This document shows, piece by piece, positions 48,985 to 61,016 of a DNA stretch of 64,000 nt. The notes beneath the pieces are model-generated. The model made no database searches. It was given only the letters and a program-made list of their open reading frames with translations, and was not told where the DNA came from. This stretch comes from Cyanophora paradoxa CCMP329 (taxonomy: Eukaryota > Plantae > Glaucophyta), in NCBI GenBank assembly GCA_004431415.1, contig QPMI01000141.1, positions 62,001 through 126,000 of the forward strand. The letters run 5' to 3'. The position numbers and the translations under genes are program-made. Each line of letters begins with the position of its first letter. Positions within the stretch are counted from its first letter, which is position 1.

Positions 48985-49935
48985 TCATTCCTTGAGGAGG
49001 GCCTCGTAGTGGGCGAAGAGTTCCTCCTTGGGAAGCACGCCCTCGATCCGGTCCACCGGCTTCCCGCCCTGCGGGGGGTACGTATACGGCTCAGCGCGGG
49101 CGGGGGTGGGGGTGTTGGGGGTACACCGCGCCTTGAAGAGGATGAGGGTCGGGAGGCCGCGGATCTGGAACTTGGAGGCGATCGTGGGGTACCTGCTCGT
49201 TCGAAGGGGCCCTCGAGCTTAGGAGACGGGGCGCAGCAAGAGGGAGGGGCGCGGGCGGGCACACATGTCGGTGTCGATCTTGACGACGCGGACCTTGTCG
49301 CTCATTTGCGACGCCATCTGCCCCGCCGTCGGCGGCGGCGCGTGGTCGTGCGGGGCCTCGCCGCGCGGCGCTCACGCACCTCGGCCAGCATGGGCGCCAG
49401 CATTTGGCAGGGCCCGCACCACGTCTGCCGCGCGATCGAGTTCAGGGCGGTCTGCCAGCGCGGCGCGGCGCTCGCGGCGCCAGCGGACCGCGAAGAAGTC
49501 CACCAGGAGCGGCGAATCCGACTCGGCGAGGAGGTCTGATCATGAGAGGCAGCTAGATATTAGGGCTGCGCAGCAGCGGGTGGCCAGTCGAGCGGCTTCG
49601 GGCTCGCTGCGCACCCTCGAAGGTCCCGTACTTTTTCTGCACGCCGGCTACGCAGCTGAAGCTGATCGCGGGCTGAGCGCGGGCTGCAGTGAACGTCCGG
49701 CCGCCGAAGAGCTGCGATGCTCCGAAGGCCGTCGACGCGGTACGGACGGCGCTGTACGAAGTCCGAGTCGTGGGCCGGTGCCTGCGACGCGGCCGCGTGA
49801 GCCCCTGTCAACGTCGGCGGCAATGACAACACTTCGAGAAGCGTACGCGGTGCGCTTTGAGGACCGCGATGCAGCAGCTGCGTTCGGAGTAGCCTTCGAC
49901 GCCACAAGAACGCCGCCGGAGAAGGAGAACGCCAT
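48985..49935 (-). CDS. Plastid thioredoxin, y-type, with transit peptide
   Basis: MAFSFSGG... Ser/Ala/Arg-rich presequence; DLLAESDSPLLVDFFA|TWCGPCQ, VVKIDTD, LPTLILFK, DRIEG. Confidence 0.9.
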
Positions 49936-50037
49936 TTTCGAGGATCTCTCGTGGGGTACGCGAGCGGCGGGTGCAACGAGTTTGAACAGACCACGGGCCA
50001 CGGCCTGCAAGCGGCAGCAGCAACTGCGGCAGCAGCA

Positions 50038-51804
50038 ATGGTGGAAGAGCGTACGGCGAAGCGGGCGAGGAGTGATGTTGGCGGGAGCACTGGTGCGCCC
50101 TCGCAAACCCGGAGCGCTCGCTCGCTCGCTCCGCTCACGCGCGCCCCGCAGCGCCAGTTCCGAACTCGGGAGCGAGCCCGTCGAGCTCGAGCGCGCGGCT
50201 GTCGGCTCTGGAATCCCTGCCCGACGACGTCCTCGTGCGGATCCTGGCGAGTTCCACGGGCTCAAAGCGGGCCGATGGAGTGGTGGAGACGATCCCTCGC
50301 TTGCTTGCACGTGTCGCACGGATCAGCCGTCGCTTCCGGCAGCTCGCGCAGGAGCCCGGCCTCTGGCAGCACGTGGTCCTAATTGATCCCTGCGACGCCA
50401 CCGTCGAGGGCCTCGCGCGACTGCCGGCCAAGACGCGGAAGGGCACCCAAAGCATCAGACTCCTCGAAAGTAAACTTTCGGACGACGGTTTCCACACCCT
50501 GCTTCAAGCCTTCGGCGATCAACTTCAGGAGCTGCAGATCTTCTTCGACAATCAAACGGACATTCCGTTCTCAGCCTTGCCGTTGCTTCAGCATTTCAGC
50601 AGCCTCCGTTCTTTGACGCTTCACGCCACTCATCATCAGATGAGGGGTGTCGACGTCGCCGCGAAATCTAGCTCGGCGTTCGTGCAAAGATCGCTTGCTC
50701 TGCTTGGCACGTTGTCTCTTGGGACGCTCGATTTGTGGATGTTCCCTGTCTCAGTTAGCACACTACAGGCCATTGCAGCCGGGCCGTCGAGGGGTAAGCT
50801 TCGTCATTTTCTTGAGCGACTGTCAGCTGAAATGAAAGCCGCAGAGACCCTCAGATCCCTCGAAGTCAGCGTGCTGCTCGCCGAAGGGGAGCCCCATACG
50901 GCAGCGATTGCGGCGATTGGATCGCTCGAGCAGCTTGAGAATTTGTCGCTGGGGTTTCGGACAGAGACGGATTGTTCGTTTTGTTGCCCTGACGTGTCCG
51001 ACGATGACCTGAGGCCCCTTGCTGCGTTGACTTCTTTAAAAAGTGCGTCTTGCCCTTATCTTGAGAGCCGAACACTGTGTATGCGAGCTTATTCTCATCG
51101 CCAGAACTAGCAGCGCACTTCTTCCTGTTGTCGCTGGAGTTTCTCCGGCCATTGACCTCCCTCGCTGACTTGGACGCTTCGATTTCGGATTTTTTTTCTG
51201 ATGGGGAGGTCGACTTCTCACCGCTGTTGGCTTCGGCGGGTGTCTTGCGCCGTCTGCGAATGTCGCTCTACGGGACTGCTAGAAATTTGAATTCCTCCAT
51301 CGTCACCGTGATCCCCCAAATGTTGCTCCTGGAGGTTCGATTTTACTATCGCTCGCTGTCCTCCCATCTACTAACCGCCTTTGAGAAGGATCTGTCACTC
51401 GCTTGCGCAGACTCCATGCCAGCCCAACTCGCCGGCCAGGCCTTCGGCGGACTCAAGTGTCTTCGTAGCGTTACCATCGAGCGCTACAGCACTGCTGCAG
51501 GCGACTGCATACTTCCGGGCCCCTTCCTCAAGGCAAGTCTCGCGTCGATCCTTGCTCTACAGTCTCAAATAACGAACGCTTTTCGCAGCGCCTGGCCTCG
51601 GACGTGCCGAGCATCCAGAAGCTGCGCACCGGGGGCTTCTCGCTGCCGCTGCCCGAGGGCATCGACGCCGTCTCGGCCCTGCGCCGCCTCCCGAGGCTGG
51701 AGCTCGCCGGCCGCGCGGCCTCCTCCCTGGACGTCGAGGCCCGCCGCTACCTGCGCGCCGCGCTCCCCTTCACCCGGATCGTGTATGAGGATGGGGCGTC
51801 CTGA
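50038..51804 (+). CDS. F-box/LRR protein
   Basis: LESLPDDVLVRIL...VARISRRFRQLAQEPGLW F-box followed by LxxLxL repeats; visibly lower GC than neighbours. Confidence 0.8.
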
Positions 51805-52205
51805 TCGCCCTGAGTTCACCCCCCCCCCCCCCCCCCCCCCGGCGCATTATCTCCTTTACGTAAGAAGCGCTGCACCTCCCGATTCTCTCCGGGCATGGCC
51901 TCCGGACCCCCCCCCCCCCCCCCCTCCCCCCCACCCCCTTTCTCTCCCCTCCCGGGCCCAGCACCCCTCCACTCTCGCTCTCACTGAGTCCCTCGCTCTT
52001 CTCTTCCCCCGCCCAACCCCCTCCTCCCCCCCCCCCCCCCGTCCCCTCTCGACCTTGACCCTTAGCGCTAGTGCTTCTTTATTTGTGAGCTAGCACTATG
52101 CAATTGTGTTTTTGAGCTTTTTGTGAGAACCACATTGGTCTTAGTCTTGGTCTTGCAAATTGGTAGCAATACCACGCAAGCCGTCATGCAGCCTCTGAGC
52201 TATGG

Positions 52206-53260
52206 CTACGTGGGGAAGTCGTCGACGCAGTCCGGGGCGTGTGACCAGCCCGCCAAGCACCTGCCCTCCGCCTCCAGCGCCCTCTTCGCCGCCTGCTCTC
52301 AGCCCTCAGATGCGGGAAAGTTAACGAGACCGGGACGGGCGGGGCAGGCCTGGTACGCGGTGGCCGCGCCCTTCGCCTCGCCGTACTTGAGGGGCCGGGG
52401 GGATACTGTCGCGCCGGCCTGCGGGGCGGCGTCGCGGGGCGCCGGAGGTGCCGGGTTTTAGGGGTACAGGAGAGGATGACCGTACCTTCGCATCCGTGGG
52501 CGCTGTGGCGTCGCCGCCGTCGCTGGGCCCGCTGCCGTCGCCGGAGGGGGGCGCGGGAGGCGCTGGCGCTGGCGCTGGCGCCGCCACACCGTCCTCGCTG
52601 CTCGAAGATGGTGCCTGAAAGGCCGGGTGAGAAGAAGGCGCGCGCTGGTGGGATGTGGGTTCGAAGGCACCGTCGGCGGCGGCAGCGACGGGGCGGCGAG
52701 GGGCGCGAGGGCAGGGGGCAGCTCCCCCGGGGGTACGAAGGCGCACAGGGCGCGGAAGGAATCGTACAGGCGCTCCTGCGGCGCCGTCGTACCCGAAAAC
52801 GGCAGGAAAGGGAAGGGGGGGGGGGAGTGAAAGTGGGGTACCCACCTTGCAGATGGTGGCGCGACAGCCGGGCTTGGGTACGCCCTTCGTCGAGCAGCCA
52901 TCTGGCAGCCCGCGTCAGATGAGGTTGTGACGAAGAGGTGGGGGGGGGGGGGGGGGGCGAGGGTTGAAGGAGGATGGGGGGGGGGGTACGCACGGCGGCG
53001 GCCGAACTGGCTCATGGTCACCTCGTGATCGTCGGGGGCGCTCCAGTTGATGGCTGAAGGGGGTACGGTGTTCAGGGCCAAGCGGAGGGGAAGAATGATG
53101 GAGTGCAGGGTCAGAAAAGGGGGTACCGCAGCCGGAGGCGACGCAGTTCTGCTCCCCGCGGGCGAACTCGAGGTGCTGCGGGGCCGGCGTGAGGCGCCGC
53201 GGAGACGGGAAAGGCGGCGGAGACAAAGCCTAGCACAGGAGAGGCAAGGCGGGAGGGAGG

Positions 53261-53294
<34 letters not shown>

Positions 53295-54720
53295 AGGATC
53301 CGCTCGCCTGCATGCCCCACTCGAAGCAGAGGGAGGTCGGCAGCATCTCCGGCGGCTCGTGCGCGTACCCCTCCGGCAGCTCCTCCCCGGGGACGCCCTT
53401 CGCAATTTCTAGTTAGCGGAGGGGGGTCGAGCTCGGAGAGGGGGGTACCGAGATGCGAGAGACGAGGGCGCGGCGGAGGGCGCCCTCGTCGAAGAGGTCG
53501 CCCACGACGAGGGACGAAAGGCGCACGGGGTACGCCAAAAGGTGCGAGAGGAGGGCGCCCTGGAGGCCCAGCACGGCCCAGCGCGCCAGCTTGTCCGAGC
53601 AGCTCATGCAGTGCGTGCGCGGCCCCCGCCCCGGCTTCGTTCGCAGCGCGCCCGTCGCGTGCCATCCCGTTCCCGGCACCTGCGCCCGCCAGCTTAGAGG
53701 GAGGGCGGGGGTAGGGGATCAGGGGATCAGGGGGCGCACGAGAGGGTCCGCGGGCCCGCCGGCGACGGGCTTGGCCCCCGTACGCCGCGTGTCCCCGGGC
53801 TCGGGCGGCGGCGAGGGCGCCGACGCGGGCGCCTCCGTCCGCGCCCGCTTCGCATCGGGCTCCGCCTCGCCCTCCGCCCCTCCGCTGGCCTCCGCTGCTG
53901 CCGCCGCCGCCGGCGCCTGGTCCTGCTTGGGGGTGCAGAGGCACCCGAAGCGCGCCTCGGGCCTCTCCATGAGCGAGATCGACGCGTCCCCGCCTGCGCT
54001 CGAGCCCGTGAGGGGCGGGGCGGAAGAGCGGTGAGAGGCGGCGCTCGCGTGCTGACAGGGCGCGTGGGAGGTGTACATGTGGTACTGGACGCCGCTCCGC
54101 AGCCGCGCGCGGAAGGGGCCGGCGGATGCCGCCCGCTCAAAGTCTGACGGCTCGCCCCGCAGCAGCTGCGACAGCTGCCGGTGCAGGTACCTGCGCCGCC
54201 GCGGGCGCGGGCGTCAGCGCCAGGCCGGTCTTAGTCAGCCCGCGGTGCAGCGCACTTGATGAAGGCCCGCCTGCAGATCACCTCGCCGCTGCGGGTGCCC
54301 CGGTAAGCTGGGCGCGGGCCGCGGCGCAACCGACTCGAGAACTCGAGCGCACTGCGAGTCGAACACGATCTCGCCCCGCCACTGCGACACATCGCCTCCA
54401 CAGCACTTGCTGCGCGATCCGCATTGTATGCGCAGCAGGGCGCGGCGCGGCGCGGCGCGGGAGCCACAGCCGCTCACCTGCCGGTCCCAAGGCTGACCAC
54501 GACGCTGGGCGCTCCAGGCTCGGTTTTCACGATACCGGCTAGCAGAGTCCACTCTGCGCGAGCGCTCGCGCGCGTCAGGACCGCGCGCGGGCCGAGCTTA
54601 GCTGATGCCGGCCGGCCGCGAGGGACGGGGGCGCTCGCCTTTGCCTTGGGGCTTGCCGTTCTTGGGCAGCTTGGCGAACTTCTCCAGCACCGCCCGCGCT
54701 ATCGCGTCGCCGCGCTCCAT
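52206..54720 (-). CDS. ADAT1: tRNA-specific adenosine deaminase 1 (ADAT1/Tad1)
   Basis: [74 protein letters not shown]; no dsRNA-binding domain. Confidence 0.92.
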
Positions 54721-54794
54721 CTGGACGCGCGTACCCCCAAAACGCGGCTTGACCGTCAACTTGCGGCTTGCCTCGGCTTGACCGGCTGTTTTCG

Positions 54795-55389
54795 ATGGCG
54801 GCGACGATCCTGCCCCTCGGTGCGACGCCGCACCGCGCTGGAGGCCCTTCGCAAGCCTCCCTGATGGCGCCACCCGTTCCGCAGAGCTCATCGACAAGTG
54901 CATCGGGAGCAGGATATGGGTCCTTCTCAAGGGCGCGTCGCCCGCTTCGCGTGACCATTCAGCGTCCATCGCGCCCTCGGGGGCCTGACGCGTGCGGCAG
55001 GCGATAAGGAGCTCACGGGCATTCTGCGCGGCTTCGACGACTATGTCAATAGTGCGCCCCGGTCGCCTATGTGCTGCATCTTTAGCTGCTGATGCGGGCG
55101 TCCCGATTCGCCGCAGTCCTTTTGGCCGGCCCGCAACGCGAGCGCCCCGCCCCCATTCTCCTGCTGTACTTGACTCGCAGGCTCCTCCTCTTGGCGGCTC
55201 GCACATATGGTGATAGAAGACGTGACCGAGTAGTGCGTGGAGCCCGCTGAGTGCCGGGGGGGCGCGGAGCTAACGCCGTCCGGCAGTGAGAACACGCCGG
55301 AGGGGCGGCGGCTCACGAAGCTGGAGCAGATTCTGCTCAACGGCAACAACGTCGCGATCCTCGTGCCCGGCGCCGAGCCCCCGGAGTAA
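54795..55389 (+). CDS. LSM5: U6 snRNA-associated Sm-like protein LSm5 (exons 54795-54819, 54885-54932, 55001-55048, 55205-55232, 55287-55389; 83 aa)
   Basis: [78 protein letters not shown]; exon lengths sum to 252 nt. Confidence 0.95.
55049..55204 (+). other. Compound LSm5 intron: external AT-AC (U12-type) intron with an internal GT-AG intron (55052-55116) splitting its donor
   Basis: GTCA|ata[gtgcgc...gctgat...ccgcag]tccttttgg...cttgac...gcac|ATATGGTG; removing the inner intron gives ATATCCTTTT. Confidence 0.75.
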
Positions 55390-55743
55390 CCCGCCGGCGC
55401 CCGCGCTCCTCGCGGTGCGCCGCGCCTAGCGCGGGGCGTTCGCCCGGCCCGCGGCGCGGCGCCCGCTCACGCTCCAGTTCCGCCCGCAGGCCCCGACCTA
55501 GTAGCTAGGTAGCTCATCAAGGATACTATGATAGGTGGCGCTCTTATATGGACCAGTGCTCCCGAGCTTAAGATGCTGCGCGCGCCGAGGGACGGGAAGC
55601 GCTAGCTCTCGAAGTCTAGGCCCGGCACCGGCGCAGGTGCATGCTGGGGCGGGTTGCGTGTACACGTACTTAAACAGGTAGATAAAGAAGAATGACTAGG
55701 GACCTCGCTCACGCAAGGCCGCAGGCGCACTAGGCTGGTCTAG

Positions 55744-58700
55744 CTAGGACGCGTAGGTGGGTATGCTCGCCGTGGAGGGGTTGTGCGAGGGCCCGGCACC
55801 CGGGGCGGCGGCGGCGCCCGTGGCGGCGCCGGTGGCCTGGCGTAGGAGAGATGGGTGGCGGGAGAAGAGGTTGCCGGAGCCCGGGCGGGGCGCCGACGAG
55901 GCGAAGGCCTTCTGCGCCTGCGCGTAGTCGCTGCTCGCGCTCGTCGGGCGCGACCCGCCCGCCCCCTTCGCCTCCGCCTGCAGCCTGCGAGGCGGCTCGG
56001 ATCTCTCGAGGCGCAAATCTCTTAGCGTGGCTCGGGAGAGGGCGCGCTTCTCGATGAGTCGGTCCTTGGCCTCGATCGCGATGCGCGTCGCCTGCGCCTC
56101 CGCGTTCATCCGCCGCACCGTCTCCGCGTACCGCCGCTTCTCCTCCTCCAGGCCCCGGATGTACTGCGGGGGGTACGGGTTCGAAAGACGTGCGAATCGT
56201 TTTCCAGCGCGACTCACGTCGACGGTGGGGTTGGAGGCGAGGTCGTCGAGGACGCCCTGCCGGAGCTTCTGGAACTGGCTCTCCAGGCCGGCCTCGGGCC
56301 CGCCGGGCGACCCGGGCGCCGCGGGGGCCGTGTCGGGGCGGGGCCCCGCGGACTCGAGGCCGGCGCCGGGGCCGACGGGGGCGGTGCCCGGGCGGGAGAA
56401 GCCGGCGGAGAGGGAGCGTAAGGGGCCGCCGGAGGAGCCCGAGGCCGCCGTGCTCGGGCGCCCCCCCGCCCGCCCGCTGAACTTGTCCCCCGTCGGCCCC
56501 AGCGGCGCCGTCGCGGCCACCGCGGCGCTGAAGGGCCGCGACACGGGCCGGCTCTGCGCCGCGGCGCGGGTCAGGGCCGGTCCGGGCCGGCTTCGAGAGA
56601 GGGGAGTCGGACCTGGGCGACGAGGAGGTTGTTGCGCTCGCGCTGCTCCTCGACGAGGAGGAACTTGCGGATCTCCGACGCGTACGGGCACTTCTCGTAG
56701 TCGATCGGGCCCGGCCGGTCCCGCTTCGGGATGCGCGGCCGCGGGCCCATCGGCGACTGCTCCATCGGGTACTGCCTGCGGCGGAGCTTAGAGAAGACGG
56801 GGGAGCTTGATGGGACGGAAAGATGTACCCCCCGTCGAGGAGGAAGAGGAGCTTCTGGCAGTGGCGCGCGTACTTGTAGAGGTACTCGACCTGGCCGCGG
56901 AGGCTGCTGATCTCCTCCTTGGAGGAGGCCTTGAGCTCGGCGAGCTCGGAGGAGGTGCGCCGGAGCTCGCCCGTCCTGCCCTCCACCATGTTCTCCAGCG
57001 AGAGCTTCAGCGCCGAGATCTCCGTGTCCTGGCCAAGCAAGGTGAGAGGGAGCAGCGCACGAGAAGCCAAGGCATATTCTCGCGGGAGGGGAGGGGGGAC
57101 CTTGGCCTGCTTGACGGCGGCGAGGCGCTCGGCGTAGTCGCGCTCGAGGCGGTCCCGCGCGTTCGCCTCCAGCTGCGCGCCCGCCGGTCAGGGTCGGAGA
57201 GGGGTCCCCGGGCACTCGGCAGCCCCTCCTGTGGGACGCGTCGCACCTGGGCGGTCTCGCGGTTCTGGATGGAGGTGACGCGGAACTCCTCCGGCATCCG
57301 CCGCATCTGCTCCGTCAGGTCGCTGCCCCCGCCGCCCCGCCCCGTCAGAAGGAGGGGTGGGAAGGGGCCGCGGGGGAGGGAGGGCCTCCCCGCGGGCGCG
57401 CGCACCTGACGAGGCGCTGGTTGTTGGCGGTGAGCTCGGCGACGCTCGCGCTGTGCTGCGCCGCACGCTCCCGCGCCTCCAGCGCCGCCCGCGCCCGCAT
57501 CTCATCCACCTCCTGCGTCAGCTCCCGCACCTGGAGGCGGCGTCAGGCGCGGGCGAGGCGGGGCGGGGGCGGAGGGGGGCGGGCCTTGTCGTTGAGGCGG
57601 CGCTCGGTGGTGGCGAAGCGGTCCGAGTCGGCGGCGTTCTTCTGCTGCGAGGCCGCCAGCTCCGCCTTCTTCTTCTCCACCCGCTGCGCCCGCGGCCGAG
57701 GGAGGTGAGCGAGCGCCCCGCCGGCGACGCCCGCCGGGCCGCTCCATTCTAAAGCTATCTAGAGACGGCGGACCTGGCGGAGCTCGGCGTTCTCCTGGCG
57801 GGCGCTCCGCAGGTACCCCTCCGTCGCCTCCAGCTGCGCCAGCAGCCGCGACTCATCGCCGGCGCCGGCGCCGCCGTGCGGGAGCGAGTGGGCCCGCCCC
57901 GTTGGGCCGCTGGAGCCCGGCCGGTGCGACCCCGCCTGCTGCTGCTGCGCCTGCTGCGCGCCCGGGGCCGCCGACGCAACCGACGAGCCGCCGGGCGGCT
58001 GCCACTTGTACGCGGCGCCGGAGGAGCCCGAGGCCGACGCAGCGGCGGCGGTGCCGAGGCCGGCGGCGGAGTAGGCGCCGGGGCGGCGGGGCGATCCGCA
58101 TGGGCCCCGACTGCGGCTGCGGCGGGGCGCCCCAGGCCTGCTGCTCGGCGGGCCGCCCGGGGCCCGAGGGGCCCGACCCGTACTGCTGCTGCTGCGGCTG
58201 CGGCTGCTGCTGCGGCTGGGCCACGGAGGCGCCCGAGGCGCTGCTGCCGAGGGCGGAGGCGGAGGCGCTGGGCTGCACCTGCCCCGCCCGCGCGATCAGC
58301 GACGCGATGTGGTCCTCCTTGCGCTGCAGCTCCCGCCGCAGGTCCGCCACAAGCTGCCGCAGCTGCGCGTCCGACCGAGCGGGCGGGCGGGCGGGTGAGG
58401 CGAGGGGCGCGGGCGGGTGAGGCGAGGGGCGCGGGCGAGGCGGTCCGCTTCGAGCCGGGAAGGGAGGGCACCTGGGCGATCTCGTCGGTGAGGCGGGCGA
58501 TGCGCTTCTCCTGCCCCGCCGCCCGCGCGTCCACGTAGTTCACCCGCGGCCGGTTCGTCACGTTCTGGCACCGGTTCGCGAACTGCGCGGGGGGGCGGGG
58601 GGCGCGCGCCCCGTCAGCCCCGCCGCCGCCGCCGCCTCGGCCCCGCCGGCTGCGGCGGGGCCCCACCTGGAGGGTGTTGAGGCACTCCTCGTAGTTGGCG

Positions 58701-60648
58701 ACCGTCGGGTTCAGGCACGCCAGCAGCGTCGTGTACGAGTTGCCCCCGATGCTGCCCGGGGGGGGGCGAGGCGCGTCGGCGGCGCGCTCGGGGCCGCGCG
58801 GGCTCGCGGGGCCGCACCTGTTCTGGAGGATGCGGGTGAGCTTGGAGTCGCGGTAGCCGACGTGGCGGGCGGGGCCCCCCGCCCCGTCCTCCCCCTTGTC
58901 CAGCGACACCACCACCTGCGCGGGCCCCCTCGCATCGGCTCTGCTCCGCGCGGTGCGGGCGGCCGCCTCTAGCGTCCCCTCCAGCTAGCCAGCCGGCTAG
59001 GCCAGCGACGCCGGCTAACCCAGAAGAGGGGCGGGGGGGTCCCGGGGCGGGGCTCGGTGGCGGGCGGACCTTGCCAAGAGCGGTGAGGGACTGGTTGATC
59101 ATGACGGCCTCCTTCAGCCGCTGGCCCTCGCTCTGCCGCCCCCCCGCCAAGCGAGGTTCAGCAAGCAGCGAAGGGGGGGAGGATATCGCCGGGCGGGGCG
59201 GGGCGGGGGCGCCTGGCTCTTGGCGATGCGCTCGGAGCCGGCGAGGTCGACGAGGTTCAGCACGCCCGTCACCGTCTCCGCCTCCATGTCCGCCGCCCCC
59301 GACCGCGCTGCCCGGGGCCTTCAGGACAACCCTCCGGGCCCGGGGCCGGGGCCGGGGCGGGGCCGGGGGCCGGGGGCGCACGGGACTGGAGGACGGTGAT
59401 GGCGAGGACGGTGTGGGAGCGGGAGCTCGTCTGGTTCATCGCCGTCTCGTGCGTCGCCCGCCGCGCCAGCCCCGCCGCGATCACCTCCATCACCTGGGGC
59501 CCCCCTGTCAGCCTCCAGCCGCCCCGCCCCGCGCAGCCCCGCTCGAGCGCACCTCGTCGACGGAGGAGACGGGGATCATGGAGAGGTCCTTGACGTAGAC
59601 CTCCCCCTTCGGCGTCTCGTGGATCTCCAGGTCCCCCGAGGCCCCGCCGCCCCCGCCCCCGGACCCGGCGCCGCTGCTCCGCCGCGGCGACGTGGCGCCC
59701 CCCGACGACGGCCGCCGCCGCAGCGCGCTCCCCGGCCGCCGCACCGCCGCCCGCTTCCCCGCGTTCTGGTCCAGGTACGCCCGCCCCAGGTCCCGGATCT
59801 GATCCAGGTAGTTCTCCAGGAACGACACGAAGACGCCGAAGTGACTGTAGGGGGACTGCCCGCGCCCGGCTCGGGGCGCGCTCCAGAGGGCGGGGGAGAA
59901 GGGAGGGGAGGGCAGGCGCGCCTGCTTGCCGATCTGCTCGAAGATGTGCTGCACGGCGCGGGGCGCGATGCCGAGCCGGTCCGGCATCTCCCCGAACATG
60001 CTGCGGGCGAAGACACGTTCGGAACGGGCTCCGCGGCGCGCGGCGCTGCGCGGCGAGCGCGCGGCCGAGAGAAGAGAAGAGGGGAGGGGCGCGCCTGTAG
60101 GTCTTGCCGGAGCCGGTCTGCCCGTAGGCGATGCAGCAGGCGTTGAAGCCTTGCAGCACGTGGTCGATCAGCGGCCTGCACATCTGCCGCCCCCAGCCCC
60201 GCGTCAGCCGCGCCGCTCCTCCTGCACGGTTGCTGGGGCGGCCGTCCGAGGCTCGCCCGCTATCGATTCGTGGGGGAGAAAGGGGCGAGGCGCCCCAAAG
60301 CCGCGGAGCCGGGCGCACCCGGTCGTACACGTCCTGCTGGGTCGCCTCGCCCTTGAGGAAGCCGTCGAAAGCGAACTCGCGCTCCCCGCCCCGAATGGGG
60401 TCCTTGATAGTGATGACATCGTCGGGGCTCACCGTGATCATGCCCCCCATCGCCTCTGGAGGCTGCGGGCGCAGCCGCACGTGGACCCGCACATTGGCAG
60501 AGTCCACCTGGATCTGCTTGCCCGCCGAGGGCGCCGCCGCTTCTTCGGGCTGCTGTGGGTCCAGTTAGCTAAAAGCGGCCGCGGAGGGCGGGCGGCCCGG
60601 TCCTTAACGAAAACGCATAGAAAAGCTCGGTTCGGCTCGAACCTGCAT
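55744..60648 (-). CDS. Kinesin with N-terminal motor domain and coiled-coil stalk
   Basis: NVRVHVRLRP, AYGQTGSGKT, NQTSSRSH, LVDLAGSER, INQSLTALGKV, YRDSKLTRILQ, LQFANR. Confidence 0.95.
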
Positions 60649-61016
60649 CTAGCGCCCACTCGGCGAGCCTGCTGGCTATGCGCCGACAACTCCGAGCCTC
60701 GTCAACGCGCGGTCCGAGCTACGCTTCTCTTTTCTGCGCCTTGGTATAGCTCTTCGGATCCTCTCGAGGCTAGTCAGGAAACCGCCCGCCTCTGTGCTGT
60801 ATTTGCAGCTGGCCGGTTATAAGATTCTGTACCCCCTTAAAGAAGTTCTGAGTTCTCAGTTCTGTTGCACTTCCGGCCCTCCCCGCGAGCTCCAGCGCAC
60901 TGTAGAGCACGGGGCAGGTCTACCGCATTGTTTCGAGCAAGAGCTGAGTGCCAGCACTGCCAGCGCCGTCTCCCTTTCCTGCAGTAGCACAGCCGCCGCC
61001 CAGCCCAACCGCATAC

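Noticed and set aside
54575-55206. Minus-strand ORFs extending ADAT1 upstream
   Set aside because: They are antisense to LSm5 exons; ADAT1 homology begins at ATG 54720
55515-55530. GTATCCTT on the minus strand as another U12 donor
   Set aside because: It lies outside any coding region I can define and has no matching exon junction; likely chance
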